Positions 15,629-28,622 of a stretch of 64,000 nt of DNA are shown in pieces (the stretch's first letter is position 1; every line of letters begins with the position of its first letter). Both the position numbers and the translations under genes were made by a program. Under the pieces are notes generated by a model. The model was not told where the DNA came from and searched no databases. It saw only the letters and a program-made list of their open reading frames with translations. Source of the DNA: the human T2T-CHM13v2.0 reference genome, Homo sapiens; assembly GCF_009914755.1 (NCBI RefSeq), contig NC_060926.1, one strand, 5' to 3'.

Positions 15629-16997
15629 TGAAGACTATCCCCAGGTGACAATCCCTGCAGTGTCATTCTACTGCAGCAAGATTAAAGCCAATCTAATAGC
15701 TGGCAAATTTGCTGTGAAAACATATCACCTTCTGTTACTTGCTGCCCTAAGGAAAATGTGCAATAGAAGAATCTTTCAGAACACCAGTTCATTTTTTTTT
15801 AAAAAACACAAAGTCACATGAAACAAAGCACACTTTTTTACATATATGAAAGGAAGCATTCACAGGATTTTCCATACTCAGTAATGAATAAGTACCCCAA
15901 GAACTGTATTTACTTCTGTGAATCTTTGTTGCGTGATATTTTACTGAAGTCCAAGTGAGCCTGGGTGGTCCTGCAAAGAGTATTCACACAGAGATATATT
16001 GTATTACTTATGCTATTAATAAATTGGCTTTATTAGCCTTATCACTGACTTAATTTTTGAAAGAAAAACTCAAACTAAATCAATAACCTGAGTATTATTT
16101 CCCAAATTGATGACATTTTCATTTGGGTTTTAATTCAGCAAATTCCCCTCCTCAAAAGAGGGGAATGCTGTCACTTCCCCAGCCAACATACAGGTGACAT
16201 TGGAAACGCTGCTAAATGCCACTGTGCCTTAGCTTCTCCTATGTATGCAAGGGGTCACTGCCCAGGTAATGACTCTGAGGGGCTGGCAATACAGCATAAG
16301 AAAGTCACTCCAAATTCTGTTAAGCAAGGTTTTCCGCAGGCAGCCGTCAGTATCACAGCCTCCAGTACTATAATCATTGTTAAAGCATTTTAAAATAGAC
16401 AAGACACGCCATGAAGAAAGTGCATCCAGACGGTTGAACTGGGCTGCTGGTTATGATAGCTCCAGGGCGCCCCGGGGGGTCGCAGGTGAAATCCTCCAGG
16501 TCCATCTCCCCAGGCAGAGGTGAGCCTGCAATCCAGCTTGCGCTGCCCTTCCAGGGCGTCCCCGGGGCCTCTGGTCTTCAGGGCTGGGCTGAGCCCTGGG
16601 CTGCTCAGGACCAAAGCTGAGCTGTTTTTCTTTCAAACTAAACTATGAACTCTCTCTGCTGGAGAAAGAGACAGAAAGGACAGAGAAAGAGACACGCCGA
16701 CAGAGCCAGAGTGACACAGGGGCACGCAGACAGGGAGACGAGGATGGCGAAGCAGGCTACCAGGCAGGTCCTCTCCTCAGTAAAAGCCCTCCGCATCTGG
16801 GAAAGGGAAGATGTCCCTGGATCTGGGTCCTTGGACCCACACAGTGTTGGTAAAAGGGCAGCAAATCGCTACTGTCACTGCTCTGAGCAAAGAAACCAGG
16901 GAAAGGCCAGTTCGGGAAAAACAGGCCCTTTCCATCTGACGTGAAGCCCCAGGAAGGGCTGCAGCCCAGCACCGGCAGGACGGCTGGGGACCTGGCT

Positions 16998-17023
16998 TCT
17001 CTCTCTCTCTCTCTCTCTCTCTC
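16998..17023. repeat. (CT)n microsatellite upstream of the CpG island
   Basis: Directly visible. Confidence 0.9.
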
Positions 17024-18519
17024 GTTCCTTAAATTTTTATTTGAGAATTTTAAAGAAAGGGACCTGGAAAGCTATTTTGTTGGGCTAGAGGGGCCGTGGG
17101 CCTTCCCAGCGCGGAGGAAGGAGGGCGGTCAGGCCGGGTGGGGCTGGGTGCGGTGGCTCTGCAGAACCTTTAGGCACCGAACTGAAGCCGCGGGTCCGGT
17201 GCGCGGACACTGCGCAGGGCGCTGCTACCGACTCACATGCATGCGAGGGCCCGCTCCTAGGCGTTCTGCCTTCCTGGACGGATTGTTGGTAAAACGTCCC
17301 CTAGAACGGCCGGAGCCAGGGCCCTCGGACAGGGGCGCGAAGGGCCCGCTCTTTGCCGTCCTCGGGTTTCCCAACGCGGTGGTCGTGGCCCGCGGGCCCC
17401 ACCTCGCGGCCCGCCTGGCCGGCCGGAGGAGCAGCGGAGGCCGAGCACTCCCCGGTCTCGGGTTCAACTTCAATAAAAGGGCCCAGCCCGCCCTTGATCA
17501 CGCGGCTTGCCTGACAGCCCGGCTCAGGCCCGGGCCTAATTGAGCCCGGGTCACCTGGGAATAGGTTCAAAGGCATCAAAGCCGTAAAAACCACCTCCAG
17601 GCCCAGAGCCAGAGCGGCCTGGCGAACAAAGAGCCCCCCAACCACTTCAAACGCGCTCGCGCTCGCCGTCCAGATGGCCCGGGGCCGGGGTCCGTGGTGT
17701 CGCTCACCGAGGCCGGGCCCCACACTCCAGCCACCCTGAGCCTCCTGCTCGGAGCTGCCCGCGGGCTGCCAGCGCAGCGGAGGCTGGGCCCGGGGCAGCC
17801 TCGTGCAGCTCCCGGAGCGCCCTCCGTCCTCTGCTGACCCGCGAAGCGAAGGCGGAGCGCAGAGGCTGGGGCCGTACAAGGCGGGCCGGCAGGCGCCCCA
17901 ACCCGCGCCCAGCAACCCGGGTAGGGCCAGGCAGGCGGGCGCGGCGGGTACCGGGCGCTCCCGCAGAGGCTCGCTGTGGCGTTGTTTTAAAGCTGTTAGA
18001 AGGAAGGTTCGGGAAGGGCGTCGGGGCCGGGGCTCCCCAGCAAGCCAGGGTAAGAAATGGTCCCCGACACGCACGCTGGCCGAAGGGTGGCATCTCCACG
18101 GATCTTGGCGGCATGTCCTTGGGCACGGGCGTCTCCAGGGGGCCCCGACTGTCCTTACACTGGCGGTCCGGACACCGAGACCCCTGCCCGCGCAGCTCCC
18201 CAGACCCCAGGCCTAAGCTTGCGGGCCGCGGTGCAGACTAGCTGTGCGCCCGGGGGCGGCCAAGACCCACACAGGTCGAGGAGGCTCCTGGCTGCGTCCT
18301 CATCTTCTGGGAGCGCATCTGGGACTGGACTCGCCTCTCTAGCCCCTCACGCCCAGAGAGAGAACCCCCCAAAGCCCAGTGGGGGCCGATCTCTACGTTG
18401 AGGCGTAGACAAAGCCAGGCTTGGCCGGGCCTAGGGCTCGGGGCGGCCTGAGAGTGCCCTGCGTTCGGGGTGGGGGCGCGGGCGGCGGGCGAGGACCCGG
18501 CCCCCGGGATGCCCTCCGC

Positions 18520-18720
18520 GCCGGGGCCGAAGGGGGAGGCAAAACTGAAAGTGCCGCGCCGGGGGGCGGGGGCGGCCGGCGAAGGCCCCAGAACTTGTCC
18601 TGCCCCCGGCCACCGCGGCCAATCAGCGCGCCGCCCTAGCTCCTGACAACTATTTAGCAACCCAGCCCAGCTAGAGTTTCCAAAAAAGTTAGAATAACTT
18701 CCTCTCCCGGAGACCTCGGT
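18520..18720 (+). promoter_or_regulatory. TWIST2 core promoter: GC boxes, CCAAT box, TATA-like element
   Basis: GGGGGGCGGGGGCGG at about 18561-18575; GGCCAATCAG with CCAAT at 18619-18623; TATTTAG at 18651-18657, about 200 nt upstream of the ATG. Confidence 0.7.
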
Positions 18721-18854
18721 TTTGCACAAGCCGGCCTTGAAATCAGAGCCTTTCCAGCAACTCCGAGAGCGTGTGCTCGGCGACCGCGGGCTTGGCCAGC
18801 GGCGCGCGCTCGGCGCCCCGGCGCCCCCAGCCCCACGCGCGCCGGGCGGGCGCC

Positions 18855-19337
18855 ATGGAGGAGGGCTCCAGCTCGCCCGTGTCCCCCGTGGACAGCCTGG
18901 GCACCAGCGAGGAGGAGCTCGAGAGGCAGCCCAAGCGCTTCGGCCGGAAGCGGCGCTACAGCAAGAAGTCGAGCGAAGATGGCAGCCCGACCCCGGGCAA
19001 GCGCGGCAAGAAGGGCAGCCCCAGCGCGCAGTCCTTCGAGGAGCTGCAGAGCCAGCGCATCCTGGCCAACGTGCGCGAGCGCCAGCGCACCCAGTCGCTC
19101 AACGAGGCCTTCGCGGCGCTGCGCAAGATCATCCCCACGCTGCCCTCTGACAAGCTGAGCAAGATCCAGACGCTCAAGCTGGCCGCCAGGTACATAGACT
19201 TCCTCTACCAGGTCCTGCAGAGCGACGAGATGGACAATAAGATGACCAGCTGCAGCTACGTGGCCCACGAGCGCCTCAGCTACGCCTTCTCCGTGTGGCG
19301 CATGGAGGGCGCGTGGTCCATGTCCGCCTCCCACTAG
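18855..19337 (+). CDS. TWIST2: Twist-related protein 2 (Dermo-1), class II bHLH transcription factor, 160 aa
   Basis: Kozak [26 protein letters not shown]-terminus, bHLH ([51 protein letters not shown]) and Twist box/WR motif ([16 protein letters not shown]). Lacks the TWIST1 glycine-rich tracts. The basic-region E75 codon is GAG (19077-19079). Confidence 0.99.
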   Translation: MEEGSSSPVSPVDSLGTSEEELERQPKRFGRKRRYSKKSSEDGSPTPGKRGKKGSPSAQSFEELQSQRILANVRERQRTQSLNEAFAALRKIIPTLPSDKLSKIQTLKLAARYIDFLYQVLQSDEMDNKMTSCSYVAHERLSYAFSVWRMEGAWSMSASH

Positions 19338-19369
19338 CGCCGCGCCACCCACCTCCGGACCGGCGCGCC

Positions 19370-19378
19370 AGGGTAGGT
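19370..19378 (+). other. TWIST2: 5' splice donor ending exon 1 at 19372 (35 nt after the stop), opening a large 3'-UTR intron
   Basis: AGG|GTAGGT. Matches the known Twist-family layout of the whole CDS in exon 1 plus a non-coding last exon. The main last exon was not recognised within the window. Confidence 0.85.
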
Positions 19379-22300
19379 GCTGCGCGCGCGACGGGCGCCC
19401 TCCGCTGCGGGGGGCGGGCGGCAGGGGCGCAGGGGCATTGGGGCCTGCTCGTGTCTCCTCGGCGAGGCCCCGCGGGCCGCGGGGGCTTGGATGCCGTGCG
19501 CTTTTCCTCTTAGCAAGGAAGGCGGGCGGGCGGGACGCTCACAGTCCCAGGGACACCCCTGAGTGCAGACTTCCACGCGAGGGTGTCAGTTGGGAACCGG
19601 CGGACCGGTGACTCCCCCGGCGGGTTCTGAAGATACTTAGACAGATGGTCGCAGTTTTCATTCTCGGTGGTGTGTGGGTGTCCGTGGTTGGCGGTGGAAG
19701 GAGCGAGCATCAGAAAAACCTCCTGGGGCCGGCTGGGGACTGGGATATGAGGACCAGCTGCCCTTTGCGTCCGCCGCAGCGCAGGCCGCCCGCGAAGCTG
19801 CCCGAGCCGGGTGTTGCCGGGCGAATGGCTTCGCTTTCTTCCTGGGCAAGGGTAGAGCGCGTCCGTCGGGCGGACACTCAGATCTCCCCAGCTGCTCGCG
19901 CCTGGGGTCCCCGGCCGTCGGCGCCCTGGCCTGCCCAGTGGGCGTAGAGGTGCGGGCCTGCGGCTCCAGGGTTTGCCTGGGGAGGACGGGAGGAAACTGC
20001 CCTGCGCTTCGGGGCCAGAGCAGCCACAGGGCCGGGTGTGCCCGAGAAGGGCCCTGGGCCGAGAGCGCAGAGCCTGGAGCGCTGAGGCAGGCGGGTCCGA
20101 CGCAGCCGCGCGGAGCCCCAGGGCGCCCGCAGGCAGGTGGAGCTGACCTAGGAACTGGGAGCCCTGAGTCCCAACCTTGACCCTGGAGTACCCGGGAGGG
20201 GCCCCGCCCATCCAGCCCCGCAGGGATGGGCGAGGGGTCCAGGCTGGGAAACGGGTCTGGGGGACAGGGAGGCTGTGCGCGCCGGGCCCTGCGCGAGGAG
20301 AAGGCTCGGGGGACACAGCTGCCAGGAGCACTCCAAGTTCTGGTTTCCTCTGGAAGAGCGATTAGGGCGTCCTGCACCGGGTCCTTTTCACCAGACACCT
20401 TCCAAGTCCCTTTAGACAAGCTCGAGCCACGGAGGCGCCGTCCTTAGGCTCTGTGAGCAGGCGAGCCCCTCTCTCATCCGCCATCCAGGGCCATGGAGGG
20501 GCACAGAGTTCTTTTTGCTGGGGCCGAGTTAAAAATCCTTCCCCCTTAGTATGTTTTAGTTCCTCGCACATCTTGCGATGTTTTTATAAAAGACTCTACT
20601 TCACACAGAAGGAATTTAGATTAATCAAGAGCACCCGGCCGCCTATTCTCCCAAACATATCTATTTCTTTTTTTATGTGGTTCTATAATATCTGCGAATG
20701 TTGTTGCTGAGGCCACGAAAAGCTGATCCAGCACAGGTGGGTTTTATTTCATTTTTTTAGCTTTTATTTTGGTGTCACTGAAAATTCTGTAGCTGCAGAG
20801 CCTCCTGAGATAATGATAATTGTATAGTTTTTAAAAAATAATTTTCAGCAGAAAATAACTTGTGGGAATCTTCTCCTGTCTTTGTCAAAAACAGATGGAA
20901 AGTGTCTCAATCACATATTTCTCTAGGAAAGTTTGGATTGGCTGAGTACTAAACGCTACAGTGGGGTAATACATTAATTCTGGTTTTTGCTGCCTAAATA
21001 ATGAGCTTCCATTAGTTACTTCCATTTATGCTTTACCTCATTCATGGTTTATAGCACATCTGAAATAAGAACAAACAGATGAGGAATGTCATCTTTTTAA
21101 AAACACACACATTGAGCCGTGTTTAAGGAAAATGTCACTTTAATTATCGTTAAGACTGCCCTCCAGAAAATTACTGAAAACAAATACCAGTAGATATGAT
21201 GCTGCTAGAATTTAGTAGGAACATTTAAAATTCATTTAAAAATAATCGCACTCCTCAAAACTTAGAGAATCAGCCATAGGTAACCATTAAAGATTATAGA
21301 AAAATAAAATGCAATACATGTAATAAATAAATAAAAACAGTGCCAAGAGCTTGTTTGGAAAAAAGCCCTTGAAAATATAATAGATAATTACACAGTTAGT
21401 GGGAGAGCTGATGATCTATAAGGAGCCTATTTATTTTTATTTTTACATACTGGACTATAACTGAGTAGTTCAAACAAGCTAGTTTCATTAAATAGATACT
21501 CTAAAAGAAGAGAAAAGAAATATGGAAAAATTTTATCCATGAATGATTCTGGACACACCTTGTTTTTATTTATCAGGCACGTTAGGCAGACATCTTGTCA
21601 TTCTTTTTGTCTTTAACTCATTATTCCCTATAAGATCAATACGATTATAATTGGTTTGATTTCCTGAAAATGTTGCTAAACAGCATTTGTTTTTATTTGT
21701 AGCATTTCTAAGAAGCATTAATTATATGCACCAGCAAAGAATCTCTAGACATTTCAGTACATTGTAAGTGATTTTAATGTTTGATGTGGGATGTTTTCAC
21801 GTATGTGAAGAAAACTGTCAAGACTAACAGCAACAGCAGCACAAAGCCTAAATTGTCCTCTGAAAGGAAGAGAAACGCAAGAGATGGTGGAGTGCGGGTG
21901 CTGCCGATATCTATCCTGCCTTTCTTCTTTGGCCTGGTATTTAAAAGCACAATTAGACAATAAATCAGGTGTCTTTGTCCAGTCAGTTGGATTCATCTAA
22001 TAGAAAAATCTCAAAAGGATTTTTTTAGTATTCTCATTAAATGCCTGAGTCTTCGGAGCAGGGTCCCAGACACCTGGCTTGGAGGGTGGGGGAAGGTGAC
22101 CATTACTTATCAGACATTTGTCCTGTTCCCTGCTGTGTGGTTAAAGAAAACATCTTCTCTAACTTCTGCATAGTGTGCACAGATTTTCAGTAGATTTCCT
22201 CACTCAACAAACTTTTTTTTTTTCTGAGAACTTTTAGCTACTTTGAAGAAATTGCATGACCCCTTCACCATCTAATATATGTGAGCCTTTTCCTCCCTCC

Positions 22301-23246
22301 TGAAAATTTACTTCTCATAGGTGTTTGTTAACTGCTGTATTCAGGATGCTAGAAAATCAGTTCTTCGTGGAGAAGAACAGAAATGCAGAATCCCAATGGA
22401 GCTTTTGCTTGCCTAGAAGAAGTAGAATGAAAGGCTGAGCTCCCTGGAATATAAGCAATGTTTGGTTACAAAATACCCATCAATAAGATCTGATGTAGGG
22501 ATTTGACCTGTTAATGTGGGTCTTTCCCCTTAAATATCAGCAGTCCTTTCGGCCTTGCATCAGGGAAGTCTTGCTACTCATCTTGCTGGAGAGGGAATTC
22601 CTCAGACTTCAGTGGCTGTTTGAGGCCATTTGAGATAGAATACTTCACTGAGGTTTCCTGAAACTCATATTTTCATACAGATCTTGAGCTGAACCATGTT
22701 CTTGTCATCCTTGCTTCACTCTGTTCTGGGTAGACGGCACAGATGCCGGATTCCTTTTGCCTGGCAAAAAAATTTAAAAAAAGAAAAAAAAACACCACAC
22801 ACATAAAGTAAACTCTTTCTGAGCAGAGCACTATAACTCATAACTTTAGTTTAAATCTGGGCTTTAAAAAAAACAAATATTTTAATAAGCCAATTTTAAA
22901 GGCTGAACTTTTATGACGGTTTTTAAGCTTAGTATTTATATTAATCTATTCTCACTGGTGTCTTTAAAAACCCTGTGAATGCATGCTGGAATGTCTGTTT
23001 ATGTTTGTGTCTTTTCCTGGGAAAGGATAAATGTGCTGCAAAAAGCAAACCAAATACAGAACTCTCCGCTAGCAGAGAGTTCACAAATGAGGCAATAAAA
23101 TTCAAAGAAGAGATGAATAAGTTACTGTAGCCAAGGACTGGAAAACCATAAAGGAGAAACAGAATCTAAGAGATACAGACATGGATGCTTTCAAACGTAA
23201 AGGCAAGATGAAACACTACAAACAGAAACTGATTAAAAAGATATTC

Positions 23247-23522
23247 CACATGGTCACCTGAGTCTACACGTGATAAAATTGCATAGCACTAAACACACAC
23301 ACACACACGCACATGCACATGCACGTGCACACACATGTACACACGAGTGTATGTAAAACTGGTGAAATCTGAATGAGGTCTGGGGACGATATTGACGCCA
23401 GTTTCCTGATTATGATAATTGCAAGATGTCATCACTGGGAGAAGGGAGTGAAGATATGAGAATCTCTGTATAATATTTCTTGCAACCTCATGTGAATCTA
23501 TAATTATCTCAAAATTAAAATA
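23247..23522 (+). mobile_element. 5'-truncated L1MC/MD 3' end with 12-bp TSD and internal (CA)n
   Basis: TGTAAAACTGGTGAAATCTGAAT...TTTCTTGCAACCTCATGTGAATCTATAATT; AAAAAGATATTC at 23235-23246 and 23523-23534. Confidence 0.8.
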
Positions 23523-23998
23523 AAAAAGATATTCTACAAAAGTATTAAATCTATATATTTAGATAAGCAAATTATCTAAGAAATTACTACTAAGATTTAT
23601 CTCAGAGTAATAAACTAAAAATGTGACTTGAGCAAAACTCCACATATTTTTTCTGACGCCATTTGAGGAATCTCAATATATTTCCAATATATAACTAATT
23701 AGAAGTGGTTCCCTGTAAGTCTTAAATAAAGAATAGTATCCCAGAAATATGAAAGGTGAAATACCAATTATAATAGCAATACATTTATTCCTATACTAAT
23801 AAAGAAAATATTTTACACAAAATTTTGGGAAATATCTACCTTAAACTGATACCTGTGTTATATTTGCTTTTTAAGATACTAATTTTATATTAACTTTCAT
23901 TAAGCATACACACACAATTCTAAAGCCAATGATTTATAAAAATTATTCGCCAAGAAGTATAGAGATTGAAGTTTTAGTATTTGGAGCCATAAGCAGTG

Positions 23999-24090
23999 AG
24001 AGGGAGAGGATATAGCAGAGGAGGGAGGGAGAGAGAGAGAGAGAGAGAGGGAGAGAGGGAGAGATGGAGAGAGAGAAGGAGAGAGGGAGA

Positions 24091-24132
<42 letters not shown>
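23999..24132. repeat. (GA)n-rich polypurine repeat
   Basis: Directly visible. Confidence 0.95.
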
Positions 24133-24135
<3 letters not shown>

Positions 24136-27100
24136 TCAAACCCTAAGCCCAGTTATAGTTATTTTTAATGAATAATTGTTTAGAAACATATTTTCTGTTT
24201 TTGTTTGGTAGTAACCCTTTGGATGAGATTGAGTGATATTAAACTATGCCTTACCTGAATGCTGATTTGGAAATGAGGGCGGTAGCATTAACAAGGTGAA
24301 TTTTAAGCTCTTGTAAACTGAGGCACAGTGTGATTTCTCTTCAGCGATTATTAATGGTTGTCACTTCGAAAAGAGACTTGGATCTGAAATTGGAAAAGCC
24401 AACACATAACTTGATTCCAGCATGAGGAAAATGTTTTAGTGCTTAGTTAAAAATAGAGTCATTTTGAACCCAAACGGTATCTGACGTGCTTCAGATATCT
24501 GGGCTATTTCATCCTCAACTGTGGTGTGATAATATGATGATCCTGTGGTGATGAAGATGAGAGAGCGCGGCTGCGTGAGCTGAGTGCAGTGTCTGCTTGT
24601 CTACCGGGGCTGTCCCTCACTGAGCGGTTTTCTATCCTAATATTGTTTTCCTCTGTTATTTGACCAGGGAAAGATTCAGATGACCCAGCTTCTGTCGAAG
24701 CCTCATGGAGAACTATAGTTTTACTTCTCAGACCCGAAGAGCAGTGCCTTTAAACTTGGACACATCTCTCCTTTCTTTAGTTCAGATTTTCCCTTCACTG
24801 AAATGAAAGACAGGGTTGAACTCAGAAGAGCTTTCGGTTATCACATTCGATTATCCTGGAAAATACTCCTGTCTTTTTAGTTCACATTCTGCCTTAAAAA
24901 AATAGCCATCAGTATCTTCTGGGAGGAAATGGTAAATTTTGTTATGTGGTCTGGCATTAGAGTCCTATTTCTCACTGTCTAATTTGACAGACGGTTCACC
25001 TCTGTGTCTCTGGATGTGCAGGTCTGGTGTGCGACTGACGGGAAAGATTTGGGCAAACCCCTTGATTTGTATTAACCCTTCGACCTTGACTAAACATCAG
25101 ACCCCACCCTGTGGCTGAGGTCTGTGGTGTGGTCACAGGCAGAGTCTTTCCGGAGCACCAGGCAGAGCAGCTCCCCCCAGGAGGGGTTAGGGCAACTTTT
25201 TGGCCTTTTGCTGTGAGAGGGGAGGGTTAGAGATCCTTTTGCTCTCTTCCCCGTGGAGAAAAAAATGTTGAAACTTTCGTCGTTACTACTGTTTTTCTGT
25301 CGCTATCCAGACAAAATGCCACCCTAGCATTTCTGTTAAATCTCTGTAAGTAGATGCCCCTGCTGAAGGGTGGAGAGATTTTGGCCCGCTTCCGAGGCAG
25401 GGGCTCCATGAGGGACAGCTTGGAGCATGAACAACCTCCTAAAGGAAAGCACAGGCCAGTCATGTACAATCTCGGGCTCTGCTGCCACGGCAGCTTTCTT
25501 TGTCTGTTCTACTTTGAATTAGCATATTCTGTATGTGAAAATGCAAGCAGGCAGCGTTTTCTTTGAATCACGAGATCTACAAGTACCGTTTCCTTTCCTT
25601 CATCTCTGCTCTTTGAGTGGTTCGTGTGGCCGGTGCGCAGAGGGCTCGGAGTGGCAAGCTGGCTGCCTGCGTGGACTCCCTGGACCTGCGACTTGTCCTT
25701 TACTTCCACAACTCAGACTTTTAGCTCGGCGGAAGAGTGCACAGGCGCAGCGCAAGCTAGCTAGCCTGCAGGGTTGGCAAAACCTATACCGACTGGGTCC
25801 CTTCCGGAAAGTTTGTGTGAACTTTAAATCTCAGTCTCAGGGAGACTGTTTTGTCTTGATACATAACAGAATAAGGCAGTTATCATTTCTTTGGGAAATG
25901 CCTAAAATACCGCAAATTGGAAGGGAAGGGAAAGGAAGGAGGAGAAGGCATACTCCTCTTTCTCAAATCGGGCATCTACACGTCTCTGTTCACATCATTG
26001 ACACTAATGGGCGAACAGTGTCTTCATTGAGGATTAATTTTCCTGAAATCAAATAATCCCAAATTGCATACTACATATATACTGGTTTCTAACTAGTCAA
26101 CATCTTCAACATATGCCCAGCCGCCTGGCTTTCCTCTCGTTCATGATAATCTGCATGCGTAGATGGGAAGCTAGGAGAGAAAGATGTGATCATTTCGCAT
26201 TCCTTGTTTTCTGTCTGGTGAACATTTCTTCTCCAGCAAGTGTTTCCTACCGCTTCCCCCAAACCTGCATATACTCTTCTATATTCTTTAGTTGAAACAG
26301 CATCTTTTAAAAACATGATTAACTGAAGTCCGCTTGAGGTTTCACTTTATAAAAAAGTAATAGAGGAAGAACGAGAAGCCCACCATCAGGTCCCGTGATA
26401 GCTCAGTCACACGTGGAAATACAGACTGTAAATACAGAATGGCCGAGGACCCTCTGAGCAAAGGTCATCTAGGGGCTCCCGAAGCCTCGTGCGGCCCATA
26501 GATGTGTGCTCAGCACCCCCGCCTCAGTGTGTGCTTGGCGACTCCCTCTCCTTCGTGGGCTCATGTTACTATTTTCTAAAAGTATTGTTTCACTGATACC
26601 AGAACAGGAGTGCTCCAAACAGATATCTGTACCCTAAGAATCCCAGGGTGCCCTGTTTTTGTTGATTTCTCTGGTGCAGAAGGACCTGTTTCCACGATCC
26701 CCAAACTCCCTGGGGGCCGTGCGGTGGCTGTGGCAGAGGGGGTGCATCCAGGACTGGCGTTTTATGGCCCCCGAGGTAGGGTCAGGAGAGAGCTTATCTT
26801 GAGGTCCCGTCTTGTGTGACTGCGAAGGTGTTAATAGGCAGGGTCCAGGTGGCCCATGCGAGCTGGCAGCATTGGAAGGGTAGAATTAATTGAAGGGCAT
26901 TTTACTGGGTGTTAAATTATTGCTAATTCCAAAACTTTCTTTCAGACTATTTTTTTCTGAGAATAGAGATTTTCTTCTAATTAAACAACAGGCAAAAGAT
27001 GAGCACGGTTACTCACCTCTCTGCTCGTTTCAGTGTTGCTGTATGTCATCTCCTTTCTTGTTTTACTACAGTTCACAAGTGAATAATATCATGTAATTTC

Positions 27101-28131
27101 AGTGTGGAACAATGTAATTTCCATGTGCGTCCCCAGCAACCCTGTGTACATTAGTCTATCATTTATAATTTATAACATGGAAAAGTTTTTTTTTTATGAA
27201 GGACAAAATAAAAGAGAAGGTTAGGATGTGAATAGGTCAAGTGATATATGAAGAATTTCACAAGGGATCAGGGCTACGGAAGGGACTCAGGTCTCTTAAG
27301 AATAGGTCCCATTCTGTATTTATCTTCAGGATTGTGTTGGGGCCGTGTGCCTCTCTCTGCTGCTGGCCATGGGAGACCCGGCACCTCTTCCTCAGTGTCC
27401 CTCAGAGACATAGAAGACAGCAGTTTCTCAGAAAAAGCACCCTTCCTGCCGTTCTCAGAAAAACAACACTGTGAAAATCCAGCAGGGCCCCTCCACACTG
27501 CTGCAATAGTGCCACGAGGGAGGCCGCTGCAGACACAGTCACTTGAAGAGGACCTCAGGTGCCTTCCCTTCCTGTTTGGTCCCAGGCATCAACACTGCCC
27601 AGCAAAGTGTGTCCAAGAAGCCCCAGAGGGGGCCGTGTCTCTGAGGGGCCTGTGACAATCGCAGGTGATTCAGATGCCAGAGAAAGCAGAGGCCCCCAGA
27701 GGAAGGTGGTCAGGGGGCCATCTGCTGTGCCTGGGGTCAAGGACCACTGGAGGGAGCTTGGGTTGGCCTGAGACTGTTCAGGGGAGGGGCACCATGGGCA
27801 TGGTGCCCCTGCATGACGGGCGGGCCCTCCCATGAGAGAGGAAGAGGGGAGCAAGAGGAAGGACGCTGCTGGCTGTTTGCAAGTAGCTGTCCCACCACCC
27901 TGGCACTTCCCTGGTCCCTGAGGCTGGACGGGCCTTGGAGCCCGTCTTCGCTAAGGCCCAAGTCACCTATCAGCTCGTGCTGATGAATGTCTGAGCATGA
28001 GCCCAGCACGGCTCAGCATTTGCCAAGGTTAAGGAAAGGAAGTGGTAACTCAGCATTGATTTCCTCCCCCTGGATTTAATAGCGATAGATCTAAACCTGC
28101 AGTCAGATATCACTTTGAAAGCCTTGGCTCA

Positions 28132-28622
<491 letters not shown>

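Larger units (their letters stand above)
17090..20460. promoter_or_regulatory. CpG island spanning the TWIST2 promoter, exon 1 and start of the intron
   Basis: Very high GC and dense CpG compared with the CpG-depleted flanks; abrupt switch to AT-rich sequence after about 20.55 kb. Confidence 0.9.

Noticed and set aside
16136-16170. Small hairpin ATTCCCCTC-N7-GAGGGGAAT
   Set aside because: A 9-bp stem is expected by chance in 64 kb; no RNA-gene features.
16941-20447. Many 100-270-aa ORFs in the CpG island, including the 232-aa antisense ORF over TWIST2 (18654-19352)
   Set aside because: Stop-codon depletion from high GC and the GC3 bias of the sense CDS; Pro/Arg/Gly/Ala-rich with no recognisable domain.
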